DNA of 63,620 bases, counting the filler, from Nemertoderma westbladi (lineage: Eukaryota; Animalia; Xenacoelomorpha), in assembly GCA_032718475.1 (NCBI GenBank). It is 4 parts of 4 records of this genome, joined end to end, with 100 filler letters (N's around TTAATTAATTAA, not from the genome) between each part and the next. Parts side by side here need not be neighbours in the genome. Positions count along the whole stretch, not along the records: positions 28,604 to 51,009 come from JAUCBJ010000093.1; positions 51,110 to 58,188 come from JAUCBJ010004294.1; 2 more parts are not named here. One strand, given 5' to 3'. The translations under genes were made by a program, and so were the position numbers. The notes beneath the pieces were generated by a model. It was given only the letters and a program-made list of their open reading frames with translations. It was not told the origin of the DNA and searched no databases. Positions 36,602 through 51,149 of the stretch are shown here, one piece after another (the first letter of the stretch is position 1; the number at the start of each line of letters is the position of its first letter).

Positions 36602-36692
36602 TATTGTTTACGTGGTAACCCATGACGGCGTTAAGTAATGTCCACTAAGGGGACATTACTTAACGCCGTCATTGGATACCACGTAAACAATA
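36602..36692. repeat. ~90-bp near-perfect palindrome (MITE-like hairpin)
   Basis: TATTGTTTACGTGGTA...ATGACGGCGTTAAGTAATGTCC / GGACATTACTTAACGCCGTCAT...TACCACGTAAACAATA. Confidence 0.8.
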
Positions 36693-39436
36693 GGTGGAAA
36701 TTTACCTGACAGCCAGATAGGCCTACTGCATTACCTACCGGTAGGCGGGGTATTATTATAAGATGGCTCCAAACGCCACCATAAATAAGCTAACTTATTT
36801 ATAACATAATTTATGTCATTTTTACAAATATTTATACAGCAACTAATATAATTTGTGCAGTTTCTATCACTTATAATGTATATGTACAATCATTTCGTAA
36901 TGTTAAAATTTTGGAATAAAACTACATACATAGAGTACTTGTTGCAAAGTATGTACTTTACAGTGTTCTGATCCTCGTGGCTTTATTTTCACTCATTCAG
37001 TAACGTTCGTTCGTGTAACAAAGCCACTCGGATCATCACACACAGACACAAGTATGTACTGTAAATAGTTAAAAAATTGTTAACAAATTTATTAAATCAG
37101 GTAATATACATGAAGATGAAAAAATTAATGCTTTCAAATTTCGGAGACATAAAAATGGACATTATAAAATATACTTTTTTAAATCTCGAGCCAAAGATAT
37201 CTGTGTCAAAGGTAAAGAACCAAAACCACTCGCAAAAAGGATTGTAAAACCTGCAATGCCCTCAAGATGGCACACCAAAGTTATCCTGTTACAGTACCTT
37301 AACTAAACAAACTGAAACTGTCCATCAGATCGCAGATATCTGTATATCTACGGAGAGTGCTGGAGTGGAGATAAGGAAGTCAGTAAGTAGGTAGGCCTAC
37401 TGTACTTCTGTACCTGTCAGCTGGTCAGCCTGCATGATCTAAGTTCGTTTTACAGCATTACAGCAGTACAGCGGTAGGCTACAGGGCTACACTACTGCAA
37501 CTTGCAACTGCAGAACTGCAGTACGGCAGTACGGTACCACCGTACAGCCGTATGCATGCAGTACAGCAGTCTGCAGCAATGCAGGCATGACCTGATGACT
37601 GTATGAGGAAGGCCTACTGACTGACTGCATGCTGCATGTCACATGTTGATTGCTGGATTGTTGAGCTAACGCGACGTAGGTAGATCCGTAGATCTGCTGA
37701 TCTGTAGGCTAGATGCTAGACTGCTAGACCAGTAGACTATAGGCCTACCTGTCATTTGAACGATTCCGACTAAACTTCAAGCTTCACGATGAATACGGTT
37801 TGGCGGCGACCGGCAACATATAGGCTACTCGGTTGAACTGAACATAAACATGGCACATGTCAGCATGTGCATGTGAACGCATGTGAACTCATGCGAAGCA
37901 CTGAAGGGAAGCACAGAAGCATGCAAATGAACACGGAATGGAAAACTGAGTCCAATAATCTCGGAATGAAGTCGACGAAGTCCAAGCTTCGTTTAAGACT
38001 CCATGCTGCCGTGAGGTTTATATCAACTGTCAGACTGTCTACCGTACTCGTACAGCTGTACAGCCGTACTGCCGTAGCATTTTTATTTCTGTAGGCCTAT
38101 TTATGTTGAACGTTTTTACAATTTTATTGTTTTTTTGTGGTTATACATTTCAACTCATACTGTCATACTCATATCCTCTATGTTTGTTTGTCCTAAATTT
38201 TTGAATACCATTGACCATACACTACATACAGCCATAGGCAGATAGAAGTGAAGTTGAAGTTGAAGTTTTTTATTGGACGCCAAATTATAGTAATAGTGCC
38301 TACTGTAAAACGAACACAAAGCATATTAAAATTACGAAACATATTAAAATTGACAGCATAAATAGACATACTTAATGATCGGCCCTGCATAACATTCCAG
38401 CATTCTGACAACATTTACAACAAAATTAAAAATAACGTTAACCTGTTAACACAGTAACACTATTGAAAAATAATATGGTGCACCTAGGATAGCCCCATGA
38501 GGTTATACCTCGTTTCCATGGGGGTCCTATTTAAAATTCATTCTATTAATTAGCGCTCATCAAATACGGCATGAGAGTAAAAATTTAATTAAATAAAATA
38601 AATAAAATAAAATATATGAAAAGTGCAATACAATGTAAGATTTAATTAAAATATCTAAAAATAATGATCTAGAAGGAGTAGAAGCAGTAAAGAGACTGAG
38701 TTTATTTGTAAATATTTACTATGATTGTTAATTATCTAAAAGTTTTTAAAAAAAATAAATATATATAGATATAGATATAGATATAGGCCTATACTGTCAA
38801 ACTGTAGCTGCCTACATTCAGACATTTGTTTGTTGCCTTTACCTTTTCCTTACACTTTATATGTTATATTTTAATGCTATCCTTAGTCAGTTAGCATTTA
38901 GCAGTTAGTGTTGTTTTAACTGATTTAATGTCAAATAAAAATTCCAACACCAGTCTGCCATTTAAAAAATTTTAATGCCGTAAATATATCAACGATTTCC
39001 ATTCCGTGCGAATGGTACGATAAATATTTACGACAGCTATCGTTCGGAAAATTTTATTCACACAACCTGATTTTCATTTCCATCGTGAAATACGATAAAT
39101 CTTAAAAATAGTACTGTAGTATGATTAATCGTAAAGTTATATTCACACATCACACTCACACAGGCACACAGGACACGTTCGTGGGGCGTCGCGCAGGACG
39201 CGAACTTGAGCAAGTTCGAAACAAGTTCGATTTGATCTGGAGTCAAAAGTTCGAGAGGTATTTGCCCGTAACTTTCAAAAATATTGGTACGGTATATATA
39301 TTGGTATATGGCAGTGCAGTATGGTATATATTTCTCTAGTATATATACTCATAAAATATTTGGTTGAAAATGGTTAAAATCTTCAAAAGTTATTTACGAA
39401 TGAATTTTTCATTACAGACCGACAGACAGACGATAG

Positions 39437-40335
39437 TAGGGTTCGATCGGTGCACCGGCACCGGCACCGGTATTGCCGGTGTTTGGCACCACCGGCACCG
39501 GCACCTGCACCGGCAAAAACATTGCCGGTGCCGGTGTTTTTTAAAATGATTGGCTGCTGTTAAAATTGAAGCCTACTGCAGTACCGGTACTGCAGACAGC
39601 CTGGCTAAGCTATCAGTCAGCTACAAGGCTATAGCTGTTTGACTGTCTGTCTACTGGTCTAGCAGTCTAGTTACTTGACTAGTGGTCGGGTAGCCCAGAA
39701 TCATAACGCCTTACTTAGTGTAAACAGTGTACTTAGCGCCTTACTTATTTCTGTATTTTATGTAATACCCGTATATAAATACTGTAGGCCTAGGCCTACT
39801 GTAACTGTACACATATAATTTTAATGCAATCGTTTTATTTAAACTTTTATATTCATTTTATTGTAAAGCTAAACCATTTTATATAAATGCGTGACATCAT
39901 AATTTTACAGTATTGTACAGTTGTAGAATTGTACGTACTTGTTGCTCTGCTGCTGTAGGTACCCGTGTGCTGGGCAGCTGGGTTAAGCTATTACAATATT
40001 AATTCAGAAATTGCTCAGTACATACTGACATAGTCTGATAGTCGGCCAGCTACTGAGCTACTGTACCTTCTGTCAATCTGTGACTGTGGTACTTTACTGC
40101 ATCACTGCCTCATTTCTGCATTTCATTAGGTGACAGGGTTAGGCTGTTAGGTGTGCGTGTGGCCTAATGTAATAGACATAGATTACACAAAAATTTATAT
40201 TTCGTTTTCAAATAGAATTACGCCAAATTTGCCCAACATTTAAAAACACCGGCACCGGCACCTGCACCGGCATTTACAATGTGACACCGGCACCGGCACC
40301 GGCACCGGCAAAATTTTGGCACCGATCGAACCCTA
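39437..40335. mobile_element. Non-autonomous hAT transposon
   Basis: TIRs TAGGGTTCGATCGGTGC...GCACCGATCGAACCCTA; 8-bp TSD GACGATAG; subterminal (CACCGG)n repeats. Confidence 0.9.
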
Positions 40336-40491
40336 GACGATAGACTGGCATGAAATTTTGCCTTAGGGCCTATTCTGTTATTTACTAATTATAATTGTGC
40401 GCTACGGTTCGCCCTGGCAGCCTGATAGCATGGCTCGCCCGACATGGTGTACTGGTGTAGCCTATTATAGTTATATAGCCAATTTTGGCAA

Positions 40492-41673
40492 TTGGGTCAG
40501 CGGTCAGGTATTGACGTCATTAGCACAGATCTAGGCCTATCAAAAGCTTTTGACAGAGTATCGCATTCTAAACTATTATATAAGTTGGAACATAGCTATA
40601 ATATAAAAGGAAAAGTATTAACCTGGATTCAATCATTCCTGACTGGCCGTACCCAACGTGTTAAGGTATCTGGGATATATTCGAGCTATAAAGACGTCAC
40701 TGGCAGCAGTATCCCACAAGGAACAGTTGGAGGACCAATAAAGTTCATATGCTTTATAGACGATTGCCCTGATAATTGTGTTCTACCGGCTGAGATGAAA
40801 CTATTTGTGGATGATAATAAATTATATGGCCCCAATAACAATCATATTGCTCTATCAGAATCTCTTACAAACTTTGTAAAATGGTGTTATACATGGCAAA
40901 TGACAATCGCTATCGAAAAATGTACAGTATTAAATATTGGAACTAAGAATTTTGAACGCGTTGACTACAATATTGATTCCACCATATTGACACGAGTTGA
41001 TCATTGCCGCGACCTGGGTGTAATTATTGACTCATCATTGTCATTTCAAAACCACATTAATGCTATTTGTAAAAAGGCATACTATGTTATTAGCGTGATT
41101 TTTAAAATGTTCTGTACCAATAACCGCCAAGCACTATTGAGAGCCTATGCGACCTTTGCGAGACCGCTTGTGGAATATGCTACTACTGTTTGGAATCCGT
41201 TCCTATCAACTACTTGTAAAGAGGGTTATCTCGGTTCCATCGATAAACTCGAAAAAGTTCAAAGATTGTTTACACGAAGGTTGTTTTATCGATGTTCGCT
41301 TGATCCAAAGACACCATACTTTGAACGACTTCGCATTCTATGTCTCGAATCACTCGAACTGCGCCGTCTCCGACTTGATCTAACTATGACCTTCAAGATA
41401 ATTCGCGAAGATCCTGGTCTGGTGGATGTCCCTAACTTAATCAACCGCTTTAACATTAGTAACAATTGTAGAACACGTGGACATAAGTACAAGTTATTTA
41501 AACCAAATGTGGCATCATGCTTAATACAAAATAGCTTTTTCTTTAGAGTAATCAACCCTTGGAACGGATTACCGGCCAATGTAGTTGAGGCTACATCACT
41601 AGGTTCCTTTAAAACTCTATTACGTGATGTTGATTTGACCTCATACTTGAAATCATTCCGTAATCTACCATAA
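40492..41673 (+). mobile_element. 5'-truncated CR1/L2-group LINE, RT C-terminal ORF (393 aa)
   Basis: SKAFDRVSH, IPQGTVGGP, LFVDD, RDLGV, RPLVEYA, TRGHKYKL; AT-rich 3' UTR to ~42530 with an internal duplication. Confidence 0.92.
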
Positions 41674-42928
41674 TAATAGTCCAAAAGAACATAAACTTTT
41701 ATATTTTTATTTCAATATTTCATTACTTTAAATACATTATTTCTACATTATTTTAATTCAATAAACCTACATTACATAATATACTTATTTTATTAAACAT
41801 TGCTTATTTTAAGAATAAAACTACTAACTTAAAACATTTGATTTTATTAATTTTTAAGTATTTTTATATTTTAATGTGTTGTTTGTTTCTATTTTAAGAT
41901 CACTATCGTACAGACTTATTTTAATTTTTTTTATGTATTTTAAAAATAATTCACTACATACTTATTTTATATTGTATATCGCATATTCTAACATACGTCC
42001 ATTATTTTAAATACATTATTTTAATTCAATAAACCTACATTCTGACATTACATAATATCCTTATTTTATTAAACACGGCTTATTTTAAGAATAAAACTAC
42101 TAACTTTAACTTAAAATAATTAAATCTTAAATCATTTTATTTTATTAAATTTTAAGTATTTTAATGTGCTGTTTGTTTCTATTTTAAGATCACTATCCTA
42201 CAGACTTATTTTAATTTATTTTATGTATTTTAAAAACAATATCTTACATACTTATTTTATATTGTATATCGCATACACCAACATACTTACCAATAGTAAT
42301 AAATTTGTTTTTATATCGGTGTATTGTATAGTATACTATATGTATATTAATATTTGATTATTTAGATACGGCCTCTATCAGTCACTCAGTGAATGTTTAA
42401 AAAAATGATATTATATATTATTCTTATTATATTATTATTATTATTATTACTTATATAGTATATCTTATTTTATTGTGTTGTGCATGTTGGTGCGTTTTTA
42501 CTTATAGAAGTAAATAAAAACTTTCCATTTCCATTTCCTAGTATTTCTCAGTCAGTCACTGATATATAATGTCCTATATCTGTAGCTGTACAGGCAGGCC
42601 TATGTCTTTAATTATATCTATATTACACTATTGACTATTATGTACCGGCTGACCGGTATACGTTATTAATATTTAATAGGGAACTGGCTGAATATCTATA
42701 ATTTTAATTTAATTATCTTTGTTGAGTAATAATAATAATACCCGCGGTACGGGGCTTTATATGAGTAAAGTTACTAATACTGTAATATCACTGTAATTCT
42801 GTAATAGTGTAACATATCCCATGTTTCATTAATAATACGGACTGGGCCTAATTGCACCTCAACCCAACCAAACACGCTAGGAACTATTTCAATTTAATTC
42901 AATAATGTTTCATTGAAAGAATCCGCGA

Positions 42929-45578
42929 ATGAAGCAAGCTTTTTCAATGTCAAGTATTAAAAATCTCCAGAACTGGTGTCGTCAACGAACGGAAAGTTAC
43001 GAGGATGTTTCCATCACGGATATGACGCGAAGCTGGTCGGATGGGTTGGCGTTCTGCGCCCTTCTCCACTCCCACCGACCCGACCTCATCGCGTACGACA
43101 CCCTGGAGAAGCGAAACTGCACCGACAACATGCAACTCGCTTTCGGGATAGCGGAGAAGGACCTCGGGATCCCTCCGATGTTGGATCCCTCCGATATGCG
43201 CGGTTCCCCCGACGAGTTGTGCGTGCTCACCTACGTGTCGCAGTTGTACAACTACTTCGCGGATAATCCCAGCCTCGACGGGACTGCGGGTGGTGGTCCA
43301 CCGCTGCTGGGACCCCCGAAACGCAGCAAAACTGAAAGTTTAACTGATGTGCACCAGGCGTCGTCCTCCGGGGCCCAGCCGCCACGTGTTGTTGGTGCAG
43401 TCGCTAAGAAACGTCGGTCCGACTCCTGCTACTGCTGTCAGTGCAAACAGCACGTTTACATTGTGGAGAGGGTCTACGTGGACAATCGGTTGTATCATCG
43501 GACGTGTTTCCGGTGCGACCGGTGCAAGGCGATACACAAGTCGAACAGTTACATCGAAACTGAGCCCGGAAGGTACGTATGTAAGTCGCACGCCCGGAAG
43601 GAGAGACGCGGCTCCAGTCGGACGCCGGCCAACCGCGGCGCGGGTAAACCGGACGAACCGGCGGCAACTAGAACTAAGACTTTACCTCCTCGGCCCCCCG
43701 ATAAACCCGGTAGGACGAGACGGAGCGAACCCGGCGAATCCACCCGGACCAAAACCCGACTGATGAAGTCCCAGAGCGTAACGGATATCAGCAAATCCGT
43801 GGACAGTAAACCGACTAGAGGACATACAGGTCGGCGTAGGTTGTCTGAGTTACCGACTCACCCGTCAGCCCCCCCAGCTGACCCTCCCACCGAGCCCCCG
43901 GCCCCCCTTCCCGGGACCCCGGACCCCCCAGCAGTCCCCCATGAACCCCCGCAACCCCGCCCCAACTCATTGATCCCCAGTCACTCGCTCACCGACCTCA
44001 GCCCCGGGAGGTCCGCCAAGCAGCCCCCCGAGACGCCGGAAACGCCGGACTTCGGGAAGCCCCGGTGGCGGCAGGTCCTCGAGAAGTACCAGTTACGGGT
44101 CCTCGGGGGATCCCAGAGCCAGCCCTGTACCCCCGGGTGCGGCACCCCCATGGACGGGACGCACCGGGACATCTACGGTGGGACAGACAAGGTCCCTCTC
44201 TTCGGTTCCCCATATTTACCCGACGTCGGTAGTTCCGGTACCGAAACCCACCCCGTAACCTACTGTGCGGAACCTGTTCATCTCTCACAACAGGAATCTG
44301 TTCTCCAATCCCAGGAACCTGTTCTCCAATCCCAGGAACCTGTCCTCCAATCCCAGGAACCTGTTCTCCAATCCCAAGAACCTGTTCTCCAATCCCGGGA
44401 ACCTGTTCTCCTCTCAAAAGAACCTGTTCTCCAATCCCAGGAGCCTGTTCCCCTCCCAAAGGAACCTGTTCTCCGGTCCCAGGAACCTGTTCCCCAATCC
44501 CAGGAACCTGTTCTTATCTCAAAGGAACCTGTTCTCCAATCCCAGGAACCTGTTCTCCAATCCCAGGAACCTGTTCTCCAATCCCAGGAACCTTTTCTCC
44601 AGTCCCAGGAACCTGTTCTCCAATCCCGGGAACCTTTTCTCCAGTCCCAGGAACCTGTTCTCCAATCCCGGGAACCTTTTCTCCAGTCCCAGGAACCTGT
44701 TCTCCAATCCCAGGAACCTGTTCTCCAATCCCGGGAACCTTTTCTCCAGTCCCAGGAACCTGTTCTCCAATCCCAGGAACCTGTTCTTCTCGCACAGGAA
44801 CCTGCTCTACACTCCCACGTGGTCTACCGTCTACGGGAACAGGCCATTAGATCCCAGGAATCTGTTGATTTCTTATCGGACGAGGGCGCGAGTTTATCGA
44901 ACAGTCTGTCGAACATGTCGGTTCGGGACAGCGGCGTCGAGTTGGAGTTCGTTGATTCCAACGCCGATCTACATTCTATAGGCAACGCGAACGACCACGC
45001 CTCAATCAAACCTCCGAAACACACGCGAATTAATCCCTTCCTGAAGGATTCCGAGACTCCTATTGGACATGATAATTACTTTCAGTTTACGTTCACGGCG
45101 GACTACGAATCAGACAAATTGGATGGCTCTGAAGGATTACCGGTGGGCGAGAAGTCGTTGGTGTTGGGTAAGGGGTCTGGTCCGGAGAGCTACAACGGGT
45201 CGGATGGGGATCGGGTCGGAGGTAAGCGACGCCTACCGAGCAGCGGACCCCAGACCTGGACGCAGAGCGTGAACGTCCTCAACTCCATCCCGGAGCAGGA
45301 GATCAACTCGGAGCTGCTCGAGTTGGAGCAGCGGTTGAAGGAGTTGGAGCAGCGCGGAGTGGCGGTGGAGGTGGCCTTGCGGCTGCGGATGGAGGAGGTC
45401 GCCGCCTCGGAGACCCAAAGGGACGACGAGCATCCGTGGGAAGAGTGGGTCGATCTCATCAACGCGAAGAATCGACTGATAAGGCGGGAAAACGAATTGT
45501 GTTATATGATTCGCCAACAGGAGTTAGAAGATACCCATCGAGGCCTGGAGAACCGACTTCGGTATCTCATGTTGTTGG
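42929..45578 (+). CDS. MICALL: MICAL-like protein, large first coding exon (CH - LIM - Pro-rich - heptad repeats - start of bMERB)
   Basis: LQNWCR...SWSDGLAFCALLH...PDELCVLTYVSQLY (CH); CKQHVYIVER...YHRTCFRCDRC (LIM); ELEQRGVAVE...KNRLIRRENEL (bMERB). GTAAGT donor at 45579; the start may be 42947. Confidence 0.9.
44268..44805 (+). repeat. 21-nt coding repeat (QEPVLQS)n
   Basis: About 25 units of CAGGAACCTGTTCTCCAATCC, in frame. Confidence 0.95.
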
Positions 45579-45886
45579 GTAAGTTTCATTGATTGTCTGT
45601 TTTGTACCATTTAGCGGAGTAAAGCGCTCTTTGGGGTCGTATCACCTCCCCGGTTGCGGATAGGGACAATATTTCTTTCACAACTTGTACGATTGTCTGT
45701 GTGTATATAAATATGAGTCTGGATTATGTTGTGTGTGGTTTATACGATAAGGCTGCCTCTGCTGGCTGCATTTGCAGACGCGACCGCGTCGACCTTTACC
45801 GGACCTCAGGACATATTGTTACACTTTCTATGCTGACATATATTATTTATTTCGTTGAACTTTGTGAACTCTATACTTTACTTACC

Positions 45887-46105
45887 GGGTAGGTGTAAAA
45901 CGCGGATCCGGATCCGGATTCCAAAATTATCAATTAAGGGAAAGGAGCAGGTTACAGTGGCACGTTATTTAACCAAAACAATAAACTAAAGTCAATATAA
46001 CAGGTTATAGTTTTATTTTTGGGAGTTATAAAAATGTAAAAAAAAATCGACTTCCGTAGGGACAATGTTAAATGTAGAATCCGGATCCGCGTTTTACTCT
46101 GACCC
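45887..46105. mobile_element. MITE (possibly PIF/Harbinger-like)
   Basis: Imperfect TIRs GGGT..GTAAAACGCGGATCCGG / CCGGATCCGCGTTTTAC..ACCC; the internal segment recurs inverted at ~47205-47275 and ~48895-48960. Confidence 0.6.
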
Positions 46106-49100
46106 TAACTTTACCTACTCTGGTAATAACGTACACAGGTAATATATGGCCATTTGGTATCCCTTCAATTTCTGCTCGCAGCTCTAGGGATACGGAACTT
46201 TCTTGAATTCTTTTACCTCAAGGCCTTAATGTGTCACAGCCCAACCCATTTTGACTAACAACCCTTCCCAGGTTGTCCTGTCTGCATAGTAATTATTCTA
46301 TATTACCTGATGCTGTTCTAACATATATCGTGGGAAGTCAGACGAGACTGACAAATCTATGTTGATTGCTTTCATTTGATCTCGGGTATAATTTGTTGGA
46401 GTTACTGCCACACGCAGTGCAGTTCTGTATTAAGACGGCAGAGAGGGATATATCTTTCCAGATATTTCCTTAATCTGAAACTAAACGCAACATATTAAGC
46501 CCTAAACTTAAATTTTTTGGATAGTTATTGTACATGCATGATATGAGTCGATAGCGGTACTCTACCTAATTTTTAAAACATTCCTGGTTAAGATGGCAGG
46601 TGATTATTTTCTGATGATTCGTCAATAACTTACCTTAATTGCCCAACGGCTTTCTGTCTCTTTAATGTGACATTTTTGTTGTTTTGAGGGCAGAAATTCA
46701 CGGTTAAGCGCTTCCCAACAAGCTAAAACCATTTTACAGACAGTGTTGTCATCACATAAACGTCTTACATTATCGGTACCTACATTACACTACCTACGTA
46801 CCTTGATTACCTGCTGTGGGGGACGGGGTATAATAGTTATTAATGCCTGACATATATTTATCATTCTAATATTGGCAGTTGAGACCCATTAACCTAATGA
46901 GATACGACACCCGGTGGAGTCCAATTCCATTCCGTTTCAGAAACTCGAACACGAATAATTACACTTCGCGTTGCTTATTAATTTTCCCTCTCCCTGCCGA
47001 GTCCTTTTGGGTTGAAGTAGGAAAGTGTTTTCCCAATTATTGTCTTGATTTAACGAACTTTGTTTCATTCTTTATTGTAATTTTATTAGATAAGGTGGGG
47101 GAACTTTCGACATAATAAAAATGCATCCCTCCCAAGGGGGGAAATCGATGCAAGTAACAGCTGATTAGGCCGACTCCTAAAAATAAAACTAACATGTTCT
47201 ATTTAATTTAATTTATTGTTTTGGTTAGAATAACGTGCCACTGTAACCTGCTCCTTTCCCTTAATGGATAATTAACATTGAGACGAGATATTAATTCGCC
47301 GAGATGGGTTCTGCGTCTACCCCCCCCCCCCCCCCCCCCCCCACTTTCTCAATTTTATATGTCAAATAATTTAATATATCGTGCGACGGCGGCTGTTGTC
47401 GTGTAATATGATTAAGTTTAGCTTTACGGCAGAATAGTACCCAAGGTTAACTTTAATTTCGTACAAAGGTAATTCATTTTTAAATAGTCCCGGATTCCCA
47501 TTTCGTGCGTCCATGGCTGACTGTCTGGGCTTTTAATTAATTTAATCTAGCCTTTCATACTTGCCGACAATTCATCACCTCGTATGCAGGCAACTCGATA
47601 ACTAATTTCCAGACAACTCGTGAAAGAAAACCATCTCTTTTTCATTGCCAATTGCTGATTTATAGAAGAGGAGCAGAATAAGAAGAGGGAGTTTCTAACC
47701 AAAAAATTAAACAATAACACTAGTTACAGTTCCATACAACAAATATTACACTAAATTACTCAGTATCCCAATATACCCGCGCGGACTGTATCAATGTTTG
47801 CTTCGTATTTCATTTTACGCCTTTATCCAATTTTGTTCTGCACAGCACTTTCCACATGCATTACGTTGCATTTAGTGGGGCGAGCCACGAAGTCTAGGTG
47901 AGTGGACCTTCTGTCGCCGTTGGGAATGTTTGAACGCTAATAAGTCATCCAATCATTGATGAAATTGAACCATATTTGGTACACATTTCCTCTATGAAAA
48001 GTTTAGAAATTCTACACAGAGACAGTCTTATATAGTTCCTCTGCATTCCGCTAGGGGAGTGACCAAGTCCACTAATTTTAGAGCTTTGCAGAGGCTCATC
48101 TAGACTTCGTGCTGCGCGAAGCCCCACACTCTTGTATCTCTTTGTATTTGTACGTGTCACCTATTATAGTGCCGTCAAAACTTCATTAAATTTAAGCTTT
48201 TATTGGTTTTACCAAATGTGAATGAAGCGCGTATGGAGGCATGTACCGGCAACTGCAGCCTGGCTACATATATTTAGTTCAATATAATTCTGAAACTTCG
48301 CGTAGGGCTATCTAATTTAAATATGCCTGTTCTGTGATTGACTCTGGCTTCCTCAACTCATTTACATCCGGTATTCCATGATGCAAAGAGAATACTTAAT
48401 TCCTGCAACCTGGTCCCCACTCTCCTTGCCATGAGTTGGCCTACAGACAGAAACTGTAACAGGATTTGATTCATGGGTTGATTGTTTGACCGGATATATG
48501 TCTCCTGGTATAAGCAGAGTTACGCTACGTGGTATTGATTTCCATTCCATTTGATCTCGCCGCCCAGTGTTTTGCCTTAACTAAATTTTCTCATTATTTT
48601 CCCAAGTTTTACATTTCGCTGGCTTTCCCTTGAGACACCACCCCCTCCTCCTGTCTTTTATCTGTTTACTACGTGATGAAACTGAAATCACAATTTGAAG
48701 CAAGGCAGTGTAATTGTTTAAATCTAAATCCGAAATTATTGTCAATCTGAAACTAATAATGAATCTGAAATAATTACAGTCAGCTATGGATTTGAGTACT
48801 TAAGAGGTGTGTTGAAAGCCGTACCTCTGTACGGACTCTGTAAAAGGATTCCAAAGTTCACGTTCTGTTCTCGAATTCTAGCCATTTTGGTAGCAGTATT
48901 GTTTTGGTTAGAATAACGTGCGATTGTTACCTGTTGCTTTTCCTTAATTGGTAATTTAAATTTGTCCATATCAAGATTTGGCGCTCTGATGATGGCCCTA
49001 AGGCCATCAATTTAGCATTTTCTACATGTACATACATCGTTTTTGGAAAGCAAAAAGAGGATGGTCCCTAAGTTTAACCTGAAAAACCTTAATTCAAGCT

Positions 49101-51149
49101 TTCTATTTGGATTTCCGGTAATTAAATAATTTTTATTTTAATGATTTAACACAATTTTCAGATAAATGTACCTTTGTGTTAAAACTTAAATTCTTCCATT
49201 GAGGGCTGGTGGGGCGAGCCACGAAGTTGGCGAATCAATAGTGGCAAATAGTTGTCGTCGTCGTTACCTTTTTGACATGCTAATAACTTTGTAGGATTTA
49301 AAGCTCTCGAGTTGAAAATTTGTATAGATTAATGACAAAGTTTAAATTATTTTAGAGACTTTCAGACATCATCAATTCAACAGTTTCCCGCTAGAGGGTT
49401 ACATGTCTAAACATTAAATTTTTTCCCATTTCTTTGGTTGTAATGCGTTCGTGTAACTGTGTCTTTCAAAGGAGGCTCATCCGTCTGCAGTTCTTAAGTC
49501 TGCCGCTAACTACAGAGGGCAAAATGTCTCAAAATGAAATCCTTAACCCATTCTGTTATTTATAATCCGTTCAAGCTGAAACTTGTCAGATATGGACTAG
49601 AACACATCCTGCGTGTTTGTGGGGTCGGTAATTGTTCAGGAGTTCTCCTGTCTGCCGCTAGAGGGTGAAATGTCCGAAGTTGACTTCTCCCTTTTCCTTG
49701 TTTTGAATCAGTTTAAGCTGAAACTTGGCATAATACAAGCTAGACCGTAACATGATAGGCCATCACCATCAACAGACTGCGTCTTTGTTGGGACGTTAAT
49801 CCCTCGGTAGTTCTCCAGTCTACCGCTAGTGGGCTAAAATGAAAACATTTTATAAATATATGAAATTAAATAGCCTTCAGCCCTTTCGTATTATTGTTTA
49901 TAATCCTTTCTTCCTGACTGTCACATGTATTCCAGACCACAGAGTTTTTGTGAGGCCTTTCTGCCTCTAGGTGGTAAAGTTATTAGGGGACATCTTCTTA
50001 GATTTTGCTTATAATATATTTGAGTTGACACTTAGTATTGTCACGTGCTGCGTGGAGGCCCCACTTCGTGTTACCTAATTTATACAGAGACATTATTATG
50101 GAATGATTAAGTGGGATGTTACGATAATTAAATAATTTAAACGTCATTAATCGCCCCAAATGTGGATGGAACTAATTATATTTATATAATGATCTGAGTT
50201 AGTTTTACGGCGTATGTTGATTAATATAATAAGTTAATTACCGGTACTAATTAATTTGGTTATATTATAGAATATATGCCAAATTTAGTTGCTTTCAAGG
50301 GTAAATTAGAACATACCGTGAGTTCCTGCGCTCTACTGTCAGTAAATCTAAATGGGTTGGTTGAGGATAGTGCGGGTGTTCAACCTTGGGTCTAAGTGTT
50401 GTATAGAGCAGTGTTGTTGTTCTACAATATTATTATATCGTATACTGGTTAACATAATTTTTTTCCGGGTTTCATTACATAGATCTATGTTACCCTGAGA
50501 TTCTTCACTTGGTCGGGTTGTTGAACAAACACAATCGTTTGGTATTTGGTAATTATAATAGCGATAAATATTGATTATGCCACACTGGAGGCTGGAGGGC
50601 AGAGGATGGAATATATATTACCGTTGCAGTTCCAGTTGATCCATACCTTTCTGTCTTTTTCCCTTATACTGCGTACAATAGAGTACCGGTACCGGTCGGT
50701 ACCTCACAATTTCGATTGCTATGACGCAGCCGGCACATTCCTTCATTCTGACAGATTGCAATCCTGTCGACCATATATTCATATTAACGAAAGCACTCGG
50801 CTGCTGCAGTTACCTAGCCCCCCCCCCCCCCCCCCCCCCCTCCCCTTCCCTAGCTCATAGCGTTAATTCACCATATTCCTACCCTGTTATCTTTGAAGCA
50901 ATTATTTTTGTTATTATAAGAAAAGAAAACAGCTTTGACATACTTCTGATATGAATTTAATCCCCTGGTAATTTCAGCTGCCATTTTTCCTTAGATTAAT
51001 TTCCATTATNNNNNNNNNNNNNNNNNNNNNNNNNNNNNNNNNNNNNNNNNNNNTTAATTAATTAANNNNNNNNNNNNNNNNNNNNNNNNNNNNNNNNNNN
51101 NNNNNNNNNTTTTCATTAATATCGAACCCTAACATTATCTTCAGAACAG

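Noticed and set aside
44265-44981. Alternative-frame and antisense ORFs over the MICALL repeat
   Set aside because: By-products of a stop-free 21-nt repeat.
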